Shown piece after piece: positions 1 through 9,568 of a stretch of DNA of 64,000 bases. Below the pieces are notes generated by a model that saw only the letters and a list, made by a program, of their open reading frames with translations, was not told the DNA's origin and did no database searches. The stretch is from positions 447-64,446 of the forward strand of contig JBASIK010000233.1 in the NCBI GenBank assembly GCA_049654745.1, read 5' to 3'. The stretch comes from Bacteroidales bacterium (lineage in GTDB: Bacteria > Bacteroidota > Bacteroidia > Bacteroidales > VadinHA17). The position numbers and the translations under genes were made by a program. Every line of letters begins with the position of its first letter. Position 1 is the stretch's first letter.

Positions 1-432
1 CAGATATACCGACAAAACTATTATTACCAGCACTCCGATATATAGCCAGTAAGCTTTAAGATTTCTTAAAGCTATTGTTAATTCCTCCGCGCTCAGCTTC
101 TTAATTGCTCTCGATGTGTGCTGAGAAAACCTTAAGAGATAATAAAACGGGAAAAAATAAATTATGGCAAAAATGACTATGAAAACAATAAGCATTATAC
201 TTGCTGCACCTCCCATTAAACCGACACTTTCCATATCTTCCACACTCTCAAATTCACTTAAGCCAGGTAATGAATTAAGCAACACACCGGCAATTACGCA
301 ACCCAACAACATCAACCCTATAAAGATAAACCCGAGAATTGCAAAAAACATGGTCCATTTCCTTGTAGTATTGAGATAGCTCAGAGCATCCTGCCCCAAT
401 TCAATCTTATTTCCTTCCTGTAAATTCTCCAT
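1..432 (-). CDS. DUF5362-like small membrane protein, N-terminal 144 codons (gene continues past the left window edge)
   Basis: Absent from the ORF track because it has no stop in the window. A reverse-strand ATG at 430-432 opens a stop-free frame down to nt 1: MENLQEGNKIELGQDALSYLNTTRKWTMFFAILGFIFIGLMLLGCVIAG...IIYFFPFYYLLRFSQHTSRAIKKLSAEEL.... It has hydrophobic helices and the TRKW..F.ILG and YFFP.YYL.RF patterns I associate with Bacteroidota DUF5362 proteins. It replaces the low-complexity + strand ORF 164-379. Confidence 0.6.
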   Translation of the reverse strand, partial: MENLQEGNKIELGQDALSYLNTTRKWTMFFAILGFIFIGLMLLGCVIAGVLLNSLPGLSEFESVEDMESVGLMGGAASIMLIVFIVIFAIIYFFPFYYLLRFSQHTSRAIKKLSAEELTIALRNLKAYWLYIGVLVIIVLSVYL

Positions 433-540
433 GATTAAATATCTTATTGAACTGAAATATTTTGCCTTGCACCAGTTAAATCACTTTCCTGTCATCTCCA
501 TTTCAAAATTTCAACTCTAGGCCAGCAACAGAAATTCCGT

Positions 541-574
541 TACCCTGAACCTCGAACCAGTAACCTCTTAACCC
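541..574. repeat. Heptad-periodic (T/A)ACC repeat, copy A (minus strand reads GGTTnnn)
   Basis: TACC at 541, then AACC at 548, 555, 562 and 570 (spacing 7,7,7,8): taccctGAACCtcGAACCagTAACCtctTAACCc. It lies in the fucI-downstream intergenic region. A near-identical arrangement occurs at 30737-30767. Confidence 0.5.
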
Positions 575-645
575 ATTGTTAAAGAACGGCATGCAAATAA
601 AAAACGAACTACCTTAAGCCATTATACTGTTAATATGTAAACCCA

Positions 646-2451
646 TTAACCCTTATACAAAGGCCCATAAGTCATACATGCCCTGTAGTCTGCTCCTTCC
701 TTTTCCATTCCGAAAGCGTTCCAGGTACTTGGACGGTAAATTTTTTCCTCAGGCACATTATGCATGCACACAGGTATTCTTAGCATTGAGGCAAGTGTTA
801 GCACATCTGCTCCGATATGTCCATAGCTCGATGCGCAGTGATTTGCTCCCCAGTTTGCCATTACTGAATATACATCGGCAAACGGACCTTTGCCTGTGAG
901 GCGTGGTGCAAACCATGTGGTCGGCCATGTTGGGTCGGTTCTCTGGGTCAGAATCTTATGCATATCTGGAGGAAGTTCAACTGTATATCCTTCTGCCAGT
1001 TGCAAGACGGGTCCAAGTCCTTTTATCAGGTTTACTCTCATTATTGTGATTGGCATCACGCCTTTTGTATCGAATTGTGATGAAAAGCCTCCACCCCTGA
1101 AGTATCCGGTATTTGCCGGGGGCCATACGGTTGCCTTCAGGCAGGCTTCAACATCCTTTTCGGTTATTTCCCAGAATGGTTTGATGACACTCTTACCGCC
1201 TTTAGTCTGGCGCCCGGTGAAATCAAGCGATGAAGCCCCGGAATTTATCAGGTGGATTATGCCATTTTCAGCCAACCCGGTCGGTTTCTTCCCTGTAACC
1301 CGTTTTATAGCATCAGGGCTCCAGTAAGTACGTATGTCTGAAAACATCTGGGCAGTATTGGTAAGAAGATAACCGAATAGCATTGGAACGCCGTTCATGG
1401 CATCGTTCTCAGTTGCAACAAGATAGGGAGGTCTTATGCCATTCCAGTCGAATGATGAGCAGAGAATCGCTTCAAGAAAATCACCGTTAGGCATGAAATC
1501 AGTCCATTGACGCTGACCCTGAAAACCTGCGAGAATGGCATTATGACCGAGTGCTTCCTCACCGAAGCCTAATTCTTTCAACCTCGGATTCCCTACCATC
1601 AGGTCGCGGGCTATAATTGCCATCTTAACTACAGTTTCCCAGTCTTTGTCCTTCTGCTCACGCGTTCTGGGCTTTTTGTTCAGGTCTTTTCCTTCTTTAC
1701 AATATTTCTTTGTCCATGCAAGTGCCCTTCTGAATTCTTCCCTGTCGTATATCTCCAGATTCATCCTCCGGATAAATTCAGACATATCAACATATTCATT
1801 CCGCATTCCAAGGTAATCCTGAAAGAAATCTTCCCTAACTATCGAACCGGCTATGCCCATGGAGACAGAACCCATTGAGAGGTATGATTTCCCTTTCATG
1901 TAAGCAACTGAAAGCCCGGCTTTTACAAAGCGAAGTATCTTTTCCTTAACATCCTCGGGGATAGTCTCATCACCGGCATCCTGCACATCCCGGCCATAAA
2001 TTCCAAAGGCTGGAAGCCCTTTCATGCTATGTCCGGCAAGAGCTGCAGCAAGATATACCGCACCCGGACGCTCGGTGCCGTTAAACCCCCATATTGCCTT
2101 CGGTATTAGCGGATCCATGTCAATTGTTTCCGTGCCGTAGCACCAGCAGGGCGTCACAGTGAGACTTACACCCACACCCTGTTTGCGAAACTTCTCTGCA
2201 CACATTGCTGCCTCTGCTACACCACCAATGCATGTGTCGGCAATAACACACTCAACAGGCGAGCCATCCGGATACCTCAGATTCGATGAAATTAACTTTG
2301 CCGCATTCTTTGCCATGTTCATGGTCTGCTTCTCAAGAGCTTCCCGTACACCCATCATTCGCCCATCAATAGCAGGACGAATGCCTACTTTCGGAAAATC
2401 ACCGATAAGACGTATATATCCCGAACTCTTTTTTGTTTTCTTTATCGCCAT
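646..2451 (-). CDS. fucI: L-fucose isomerase
   Basis: 601 aa. N-terminal [29 protein letters not shown] and [17 protein letters not shown] closely match the E. coli FucI N-terminus as I recall it. Length is typical (about 590 aa). Confidence 0.93.
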   Translation of the reverse strand: MAIKKTKKSSGYIRLIGDFPKVGIRPAIDGRMMGVREALEKQTMNMAKNAAKLISSNLRYPDGSPVECVIADTCIGGVAEAAMCAEKFRKQGVGVSLTVTPCWCYGTETIDMDPLIPKAIWGFNGTERPGAVYLAAALAGHSMKGLPAFGIYGRDVQDAGDETIPEDVKEKILRFVKAGLSVAYMKGKSYLSMGSVSMGIAGSIVREDFFQDYLGMRNEYVDMSEFIRRMNLEIYDREEFRRALAWTKKYCKEGKDLNKKPRTREQKDKDWETVVKMAIIARDLMVGNPRLKELGFGEEALGHNAILAGFQGQRQWTDFMPNGDFLEAILCSSFDWNGIRPPYLVATENDAMNGVPMLFGYLLTNTAQMFSDIRTYWSPDAIKRVTGKKPTGLAENGIIHLINSGASSLDFTGRQTKGGKSVIKPFWEITEKDVEACLKATVWPPANTGYFRGGGFSSQFDTKGVMPITIMRVNLIKGLGPVLQLAEGYTVELPPDMHKILTQRTDPTWPTTWFAPRLTGKGPFADVYSVMANWGANHCASSYGHIGADVLTLASMLRIPVCMHNVPEEKIYRPSTWNAFGMEKEGADYRACMTYGPLYKG

Positions 2452-2483
2452 AACAAGATATTTTTATTGGTTTTAACTTTTAA

Positions 2484-2491
2484 CAAATATA
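2484..2491 (-). promoter_or_regulatory. Candidate Bacteroidota -7 promoter box (TATATTTG) for fucI
   Basis: The reverse complement of caaatata is TATATTTG, matching TAnnTTTG, 32 nt upstream of the fucI ATG. Confidence 0.4.
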
Positions 2492-2658
2492 ATTTTAATA
2501 ATTCAATTGTTTATTTTTCTGAATTAATTATTGAGTTTCATTATACGGGTTATTTGTGCGAGAGAGACCAATTGAAAAAAATAATTTATATCCCACACGC
2601 ATCATAATGAAAAAGATAACGTCTTTATAGAGAATTTAACAATAAAAATCTGAATCAG

Positions 2659-3381
2659 ATGAAAATCACTAAATCTTTAATTATTACCGCACTGTTACTT
2701 ATATTGACTTCCTGTGTTGATGGTCAGTTTTACAGGACAGTACGGGGTAACGGCAACGTGGTAAAAAAAGAAAGGCCTGCTCCCAACTTCGATGGTATAA
2801 GTGTCAGCACCGGCATCGATGTGTATCTCAGTCAGGGTGACGGGGAAAAAATTATCGTTGAAGCCGATGAGAATCTTCACGATTACCTCGTTACAGAAGT
2901 AAAAGACAGAAATCTCAGAATCTATTTCGACAATGTAAGCATTCACAGTGCCGAAAGAAAGAGAGTCTATGTAACCATGAAAGATGTGACGAAGCTCAAA
3001 ACAAGCAGTGCGGGTGATATTATAGGGGAGACGCCCGTAAAATGCGGGGATATTCTTCTTGAATCCAGCAGTGCCGGAAACATCAGGCTTGAGCTTTATG
3101 CCCGTAATGTTAATGTTAAGATAAGCAGTTCAGGAGATATTAGCCTCACCGGTGAAGCAGAGACTCTTAATGCTGACCTCAGCAGTGCGGGTGATCTTAA
3201 TGCATGGGATTTCAAAGTAAAAGATGCAGATATAGATGTATCCAGTGCCGGGGATGCCGACATTTATGTAACTCACAAGCTGGTGGCACGTGTATCAAGT
3301 GCAGGGGATGTCAGGTATGCTGGAGAGCCTGAAATTATTGATGCCAGAACTTCAAGTGCAGGAACAGTCCGCAAAAGATAA
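2659..3381 (+). CDS. DUF2807 (head-GIN, putative adhesin-like beta-helix) lipoprotein
   Basis: Signal peptide with lipobox (LILTSC). Seven reiterated SSAGD/SSSGD motifs (SSAGDIIGE, SSSAGNIRLE, SSSGDISLT, SSAGDLNAW, SSAGDADIY, SSAGDVRYA, SSAGTVRK), typical of DUF2807. Confidence 0.8.
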   Translation: MKITKSLIITALLLILTSCVDGQFYRTVRGNGNVVKKERPAPNFDGISVSTGIDVYLSQGDGEKIIVEADENLHDYLVTEVKDRNLRIYFDNVSIHSAERKRVYVTMKDVTKLKTSSAGDIIGETPVKCGDILLESSSAGNIRLELYARNVNVKISSSGDISLTGEAETLNADLSSAGDLNAWDFKVKDADIDVSSAGDADIYVTHKLVARVSSAGDVRYAGEPEIIDARTSSAGTVRKR

Positions 3382-3412
3382 ACAGTAGCAGAAAATTAAT
3401 TTTTTATGTGCA

Positions 3413-3443
3413 AGCTGCCGGAGCAATTCCGGTGGCTTTTTTT
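3413..3443 (+). terminator. Rho-independent terminator after the DUF2807 gene
   Basis: agctgccgga-gcaat-tccggtggct forms a 10-bp stem (two G-U pairs) with a 5-nt loop, followed by T7 (3437-3443). Confidence 0.65.
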
Positions 3444-3450
3444 ATCTTTG
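3443..3450 (+). promoter_or_regulatory. Candidate -7 promoter box (TATCTTTG) for pgi
   Basis: TATCTTTG matches TAnnTTTG, 40 nt upstream of the pgi ATG and directly after the terminator T-run. Confidence 0.45.
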
Positions 3451-3490
3451 TACAGCAAGGAGCCGCTTAAAACAACTTAAAATATTTAAA

Positions 3491-4837
3491 ATGAAAGAGA
3501 ATATTAATGTTAACGTAAACGGAGTGTCAGACTTTATCTCTCTTGAAGAGGTAGCTGCTCACTCAAAGCTGGCGGTTAGGCACCTTGAAACTCTTCTTTC
3601 GGGAACCGGACCGGGCAACGATTTCCTTGGCTGGCTTAGACTACCAGAAATTGCAGGCACGCAGACAGCAAGAATAGAAAAGATAGCGAAGCACCTGCGG
3701 TCAGTTTCAAATACTACTGTTGTTGTTGGTATAGGAGGCTCATACCTGGGTGCCAGAGCTGTGATTGAAGCTCTTTCACACTCTTTTCCACACCATCAGA
3801 AAGATAAACACCACGAAATAATATATGCCGGTCATAATGTTTGCGAGGAGTATATGGCCGATCTTCTTGAAGTACTCGAACATCGAAATTATTCCGTTAT
3901 AGTGATCTCGAAGTCGGGAACCACAATGGAGCCGGCTATTGCTTTCAGGCTTATCAAAGACCATATCGAAAGGAAGTTCGGCAAATCAGTAGCAGCCGAC
4001 CGCATTGTTGCAATCACTGATGCAACAAAAGGTGCACTGAGATCACTGGCCGAGCTTAACGGTTACGAAACTTTTGAAATACCCGACGATATTGGAGGTC
4101 GCTATTCAGTGCTTACTCCAGTAGGTCTGTTGCCAATAGCTGTTGCAGGAATAGATATCCGTGAACTTATTGAAGGGGCAAAGGCTGCTGCGGCTATTAC
4201 CCGCGACAACAAAGATCCTCAGAAAAATCCAGCACTAATATACGCGGCTACTAGAAATCTGCTGCTTCAAGCTGGTAAACCTCTCGAGATTCTGGTGAAC
4301 TTCCATCCCAAATTGCACTATTTTGCCGAATGGTGGAAACAATTGTTCGGAGAGAGTGAAGGGAAAGAGGGCAAAGGTATATTCCCGGCCTCAGTCGACT
4401 TCACAACTGACCTCCATTCACTGGGACAGTACATACAGGAAGGACAGAGGATACTTTTTGAAACCGTGCTTTCCATAAAATCGTCACCTGCAAAGGTTAA
4501 AATACCTGTGGAAAAAGACGATCAGGACCAGCTGAACTATCTTGCAGGGAAACAACTTGGTGAAATCAACAAAAGCGCTGAGATAGGGACCATTATTGCC
4601 CACACCGAAGGAGGGGTTCCGGTGATATCGGTCAACATACCTTCTCTTGATGCATATTATCTAGGACAGTTGATATACTTCTTTGAAATCTCATGTGCCA
4701 TAAGCGGATACATTCTTGATGTGAATCCATTCGATCAGCCTGGAGTTGAGGCTTATAAGAAAAACATGTTTGCCCTGCTGAATAAACCAGGCTATGAGGA
4801 AGCAGGCAAAAAGCTAAGGGAAAAACTGAAACAATAA
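3491..4837 (+). CDS. pgi: Glucose-6-phosphate isomerase
   Basis: 448 aa. Carries the GIGGSYLGARAV, SKSGTTMEP and GGRYSVLTPVGLLP motifs of the short bacterial PGI family. Confidence 0.93.
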   Translation: MKENINVNVNGVSDFISLEEVAAHSKLAVRHLETLLSGTGPGNDFLGWLRLPEIAGTQTARIEKIAKHLRSVSNTTVVVGIGGSYLGARAVIEALSHSFPHHQKDKHHEIIYAGHNVCEEYMADLLEVLEHRNYSVIVISKSGTTMEPAIAFRLIKDHIERKFGKSVAADRIVAITDATKGALRSLAELNGYETFEIPDDIGGRYSVLTPVGLLPIAVAGIDIRELIEGAKAAAAITRDNKDPQKNPALIYAATRNLLLQAGKPLEILVNFHPKLHYFAEWWKQLFGESEGKEGKGIFPASVDFTTDLHSLGQYIQEGQRILFETVLSIKSSPAKVKIPVEKDDQDQLNYLAGKQLGEINKSAEIGTIIAHTEGGVPVISVNIPSLDAYYLGQLIYFFEISCAISGYILDVNPFDQPGVEAYKKNMFALLNKPGYEEAGKKLREKLKQ

Positions 4838-4854
4838 CATATAAATTTTGAATT

Positions 4855-5934
4855 ATGGGTCTGGAACTTAGAAAGAACTTCATGTGGTCGCTGGTTGTGC
4901 CAACCAGCATGGGTGTTCGAATTACGCCCGTAAATTTTCAACCTGTGCATTGCAGTGATACATACATTATGCAGGCAACGAGTGCCGAGTCTAATGTTGC
5001 AAGTGTATCGTCGTACCTGGGGCTACCGGTAAAGGTGCTCACCACATTTGTTAAGGATAGCCCCATTGCAAGGTTCATTAAGGACAACCTTGCCAGCAGG
5101 CATATTGTTTGGGAAGGTGTCGAAGTTGAGCAGGGAGGCCCGTGGGGATACCGCCATCAGTTCAACATAGCTGATACGGGTTATGGACCACGAGGCCCAA
5201 GAGTCCACAACGACCGTGCCGGTGAAGTGGGCAGAACACTTAACGTGAAAGATTTTGACCTCGAAAGACTCTTTGTGAAAGAAGGCGTTCAGATACTACA
5301 TATGTCGGGGCTTATAGCAGCCCTCTCTCCAGATACAAGTAACTTCTGCCTTGAACTTGCACGCAAGGCAAAAAAACATGGCACGCTGGTATCATTCGAC
5401 CTGAATTATAGGGCTTCATTCTGGAAAAACCGCGAAAAGGAACTTTCTGCTGCTTTCAGCGAGATAGCTTCCCTATCCGACATTCTTGTTGGTAATGAAG
5501 AAGATTTTCAGCTCAGTCTGGGCATTGAAGGTCCGGAAGTAGGCGGCAAAGATATCGCATCAAAAATAGAGAGTTTTAAGGAAATGATTTCACGGGTACG
5601 GAAAACCTATCCTGATACGAAAGTGTTTGCCACCACCCTCAGGGAGGTGATAAATGCCAACAGGCACCTGTGGGGAGCTATTATGCTTGAAGGTGAAACG
5701 TGGCATGTTATAGAGCCGCGTGAGATTTTTGTGCTCGACCGCATTGGCGGTGGCGACGGCTTTGTAGGCGGATTACTCTACGGCATCCTTAAAGGCTGGG
5801 AACCCGAGAAATGGATTCAGTTCGGATGGGCGGCAGGCGCTATGGCGACAACCTTCATGACCGACTACTGCCAGCCAGCCGACGAAGAACAGATATGGAG
5901 CATCTGGAAAGGGAACGCCCGCGTCAGGAGATAA
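4855..5934 (+). CDS. PfkB-family sugar kinase (2-dehydro-3-deoxygluconokinase-like)
   Basis: 359 aa. C-terminal PfkB signature DRIGGGDGFVGGLLYG. It sits 17 nt after pgi. The start could instead be the internal Met at 4882. Confidence 0.75.
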   Translation: MGLELRKNFMWSLVVPTSMGVRITPVNFQPVHCSDTYIMQATSAESNVASVSSYLGLPVKVLTTFVKDSPIARFIKDNLASRHIVWEGVEVEQGGPWGYRHQFNIADTGYGPRGPRVHNDRAGEVGRTLNVKDFDLERLFVKEGVQILHMSGLIAALSPDTSNFCLELARKAKKHGTLVSFDLNYRASFWKNREKELSAAFSEIASLSDILVGNEEDFQLSLGIEGPEVGGKDIASKIESFKEMISRVRKTYPDTKVFATTLREVINANRHLWGAIMLEGETWHVIEPREIFVLDRIGGGDGFVGGLLYGILKGWEPEKWIQFGWAAGAMATTFMTDYCQPADEEQIWSIWKGNARVRR

Positions 5935-7267
5935 TTTTCTTCCGCTCCAAAAATTCATCAAGTACCTGTGTGAGATCGGGATAACCGATCTCCTGCAGGT
6001 CGTAATAGACCCTTGTGGTGGGCTTCTGAATGTTAATAATCCTGTTCAGGTCGATAGGCGTTGCAATTATCACGCTGTCGCAGTCAGTGTTATTGATAGT
6101 CCTCTCCAGGTCGCGCAGTTGTTGTCTTCCGTAACCCATAGCCGGCAGAACAGTTCCTATTTCAGGATAGGTCCTGAATGTCTCAACAAGCTTGCCTACT
6201 ATGAAAGGCCTCGGGTCAACAAGCTGGGAGGCTCCATATCTTCTGGCGGCAATAACACCTGCACCTATCTTCATCTCACCATGTGTAAGTGTCGGACCAT
6301 CCTCCACGACAAGAACCCTCCTGCCTCTTATGACAGAAGGATTCTCAGTCTTCACAGGTGAGGCTGCATCAATTACAACGGCACCGGGATTAACCTTGCT
6401 TATGTTTTCCCTTACAATCTGCACTGCATCGGGTGAAGCAGTGTCTATCTTGTTTATTATCACCACATCGGCAATTCTTAAATTTACTTCCCCTGGATAA
6501 TATCTCAGTTCATGCCCTGCCCTGTGAGGATCTGTAACAGTTATCATCAAATCGGGTTCAAAAAACGGAAAGTCGTTATTCCCTCCATCCCACACAATAA
6601 CATCACATCCCTGAGGGTCGTTCTCGGCTTCCTTTAAAATTGCCTCATAATCAACTCCGGCATAAATTACATTACCCCTTACAATATGCGGCTCGTATTC
6701 CTCCATCTCCTCTACGGTGCAATTATATTTCTCGAGATCTTTTATTTCAGCAAACCTCTGAACTTTTTGTGATTCAAGGTCGCCGTAAGGCATGGGATGG
6801 CGTACAGCTACAACCTTAAGTCCCTTCGACATAAGAATCTCGATCACCCTCCTTGAGGTCTGGCTCTTTCCACATCCTGTCCTTACAGCCCCTACAGCTA
6901 TAACAGGTTTATTGCTCCTTATCATTGTTTCAGCCGGACCCAGCAGCATAAAGCTTGCACCTGCAGCATTTACAATTGCACTCAGAGACATCACTTTCTG
7001 ATAGGGCACATCACTGTACGAAAAAACACAAATATCGGTTTTTGTCTCCCTTATCAGCCGGGGTAGTTCTTCTTCAGGATAAACAGGAATGCCTTCGGGA
7101 TATAACCTGCCTGCAAGACCGGCAGGATATTTCCTCCCCTCAATATCCGGAATCTGTGCCGCTGTGAAAGCAACAACCCTGTAATATTCATTATCTCTGA
7201 AATAAACATTGAAATTGTGAAAATCTCTTCCTGCAGCTCCTAAAATGATGACATTTTTTACAGCCAT
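5924..7267 (-). CDS. P-loop NTPase of the cyclic 2,3-diphosphoglycerate synthetase-like family (COG2403-type predicted GTPase)
   Basis: 447 aa. The N-terminal Rossmann-like IILGAAGRDFHNFN, the Walker A GAVRTGCGKSQT and the overall layout resemble cDPG-synthetase homologues. The 3' end overlaps the convergent kinase gene by 11 nt. Confidence 0.6.
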   Translation of the reverse strand: MAVKNVIILGAAGRDFHNFNVYFRDNEYYRVVAFTAAQIPDIEGRKYPAGLAGRLYPEGIPVYPEEELPRLIRETKTDICVFSYSDVPYQKVMSLSAIVNAAGASFMLLGPAETMIRSNKPVIAVGAVRTGCGKSQTSRRVIEILMSKGLKVVAVRHPMPYGDLESQKVQRFAEIKDLEKYNCTVEEMEEYEPHIVRGNVIYAGVDYEAILKEAENDPQGCDVIVWDGGNNDFPFFEPDLMITVTDPHRAGHELRYYPGEVNLRIADVVIINKIDTASPDAVQIVRENISKVNPGAVVIDAASPVKTENPSVIRGRRVLVVEDGPTLTHGEMKIGAGVIAARRYGASQLVDPRPFIVGKLVETFRTYPEIGTVLPAMGYGRQQLRDLERTINNTDCDSVIIATPIDLNRIINIQKPTTRVYYDLQEIGYPDLTQVLDEFLERKKIIS

Positions 7268-7514
7268 ATAATTTTTTCTTAAAAAAAATTTGAATGCACC
7301 AAATTTACTATTTACTTCAAGATTACTCTAACTTTTTCAAAAAATCACTGATTAAAATCAATTTACAAAATTTATTTTATGTCTCCCATTAAAAATATTA
7401 TTCACTATCCCGTAATCTTCTGAATTAATAATACGTTATCACTTTTAATAACCTAAAAAATTTATAAGGTTGAATAACTTTATGACAAATTCTTTGTAGT
7501 ATTGAAAGTGAATA

Positions 7515-8126
7515 ATGAACGTACTGGCTCACATATATCTGTCGGGTGATTCAGACAAGATAATCATCGGGAATTACATAGGCGACTATGTAAAAGGGAG
7601 AGATTATCTTAAATATCCTGAGCTTGTACGTAAAGGGATCATCCTTCACAGGCACATTGACGCATTCACCGACAGGCATCCTGTTGTTCACCGAAGCAAA
7701 CTCTTTTTTTCGAGAAAGTATTACAAATATGCTGGTGTTATTGTTGACATTTTATATGATCATTTTCTGACAAAAGAATGGGATTTCTTTTCGAGAAAAC
7801 CTCTTGAAAGTGTTACTTACAACTTTTACCGTGCACTTGTTAATCATTATGAGATATTGCCTGATAATGTAAGGCAGATGATGCCGTTTTTTATTATAAA
7901 CAACTGGATTGAATCATACCAGACCGTCAAAGGGATCAAGCGCGTACTAAACGCTCTGAGCAAAAGATCATCCCTCCCTAACGAAACACGGTGGGCAATT
8001 AAAACACTTAAGAAAAATTATTTCTCACTTCAGGATGACTTTATGGAATTTTTTCCACAGCTGATTGATTATGTGGAGAAAGATTTTGGAATTCCGTTAT
8101 CTCACGATATCAGCATCCCTTTCTGA
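7515..8126 (+). CDS. acpH: Acyl carrier protein phosphodiesterase
   Basis: 203 aa. The MNVLAHIYLSGDS... N-terminus matches the AcpH pattern (MNFLAHLHLA...), and HRHIDAFTD is present. Confidence 0.75.
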   Translation: MNVLAHIYLSGDSDKIIIGNYIGDYVKGRDYLKYPELVRKGIILHRHIDAFTDRHPVVHRSKLFFSRKYYKYAGVIVDILYDHFLTKEWDFFSRKPLESVTYNFYRALVNHYEILPDNVRQMMPFFIINNWIESYQTVKGIKRVLNALSKRSSLPNETRWAIKTLKKNYFSLQDDFMEFFPQLIDYVEKDFGIPLSHDISIPF

Positions 8127-8143
8127 AGGGTACATCTTTCTTT

Positions 8144-9568
8144 TCAAATTAGATATTCGTGCCTTGCGACATCGAGCCTGAGGAAGATAAACAGAAGCAG
8201 GGTAAAACCCCAGAGAGAGCTGCCACCATAACTAAAAAAAGGAAGAGGAATGCCAATGACTGGCAAAATACCGGTAGCCATTCCTATATTTACAAAGAAA
8301 TGTACCAGCAGTACTGATATTACCCCATATCCGAAAATACGGGAGAAAGCTGAGCGCTGCCGCTCTGCAAGAAACAGCAAACGCAGCAATAGCAAAACAT
8401 AAAGGCCAATTACCACTGCGGAACCAACAAAACCCCACTCCTCACCCACTGTGCAGAAAATAAAATCTGTACTCTGCGCCGGAACGAATCTGAATTTTGT
8501 CTGGGTTCCCCTTAAAAAGCCTTTCCCCAGGAAACCTCCAGATCCAATTGAAATGACCGACTGATTTATATTGTAACCCGATCCGCGTGGGTCTGATTTT
8601 ATGCGTAAAAGTATTTCAATCCTCTCCTTCTGATGTGGCCTTAATGCATTATGATACAGATAATCAACAATATTCACGTACAATACACTGCCAAGTACAA
8701 ACAGGTATATAATAAGTACTCCTTTTGCCTTGTACCTGTATATGTGCCATAAAAAGGCAATCCCTGACAATATGAGGCTAAGTATCAGTATAACATTGAT
8801 ATTTAATGATTTTAACAGAAAATAATTTACTGAATAAATAATACCTCCGATGAGCAGGAAAATAAACATCCCTTTAAGAACTGTTTTGAAGCTCCTTGCC
8901 ACGGTAAAAGAAAGAAGAAAACCCGCAGCGATCAGACCTGAAACAACATACAACTGGTTAAACAACAGGGCGAAGAAGAATAGAACAATCATGAGAATGC
9001 CTGTTACAAACACGTAAGGGCTCAGGCCTTCCCTGAAGAGGACAATAAAGAAACTCAGATAAACAACAGTTGTCCCCATATCGGGCTGCATGGCTATCAG
9101 CAATGCAGGGAGAAGAATGATACCTGTTGCAGGCAGCAGTACACTTAGCCGTGTAAGTTCCTGTCCTTTTGAATTCAGGTACCGGGCAATAGCAAGCGCC
9201 GTACCTGCTTTTGCAAATTCCGAGGGCTGAATACTCACAGGTCCTATTTCAAACCACGCTCTCGTGCTATATACTTCTTTCCCAAAAATCAGTACTGCAA
9301 AAAGAAGCAAAACGAAGAATCCATAAATTAAGTAAGCAAAAAAGAAATAAAAACGGTTGTCGACATAAAGAAGTGCAACAGCAAGTATCAGTGTTGTAAT
9401 AATCCATATCATCTGCTTTCCATAACGCTGGGAAAAGTCGAATATCTTGGTGTGTTCTTCATTATAGACCGCGGCATATATATTGAGCCAGCCCAGTATT
9501 ACAAGAAGCAAAAATATAACAATGATAATCTTGTCAACAGCCCTCCATATATTCACTCTTCTCTCCAT
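8144..9568 (-). CDS. rodA: Rod shape-determining protein RodA (SEDS family)
   Basis: 474 aa polytopic protein with QPDMGT, QSTDFIFCTVGEEWGFVG and LPFFSYGGSS. Last gene of the mre-mrd operon, overlapping mrdA by 16 nt. Confidence 0.9.
   Translation of the reverse strand: MERRVNIWRAVDKIIIVIFLLLVILGWLNIYAAVYNEEHTKIFDFSQRYGKQMIWIITTLILAVALLYVDNRFYFFFAYLIYGFFVLLLFAVLIFGKEVYSTRAWFEIGPVSIQPSEFAKAGTALAIARYLNSKGQELTRLSVLLPATGIILLPALLIAMQPDMGTTVVYLSFFIVLFREGLSPYVFVTGILMIVLFFFALLFNQLYVVSGLIAAGFLLSFTVARSFKTVLKGMFIFLLIGGIIYSVNYFLLKSLNINVILILSLILSGIAFLWHIYRYKAKGVLIIYLFVLGSVLYVNIVDYLYHNALRPHQKERIEILLRIKSDPRGSGYNINQSVISIGSGGFLGKGFLRGTQTKFRFVPAQSTDFIFCTVGEEWGFVGSAVVIGLYVLLLLRLLFLAERQRSAFSRIFGYGVISVLLVHFFVNIGMATGILPVIGIPLPFFSYGGSSLWGFTLLLFIFLRLDVARHEYLI

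Noticed and set aside
164-379. + strand ORF of 71 aa
   Set aside because: Its product is low-complexity and P/N/I-rich. The region is fully covered by a better minus-strand frame (1-432) encoding a DUF5362-like membrane protein.
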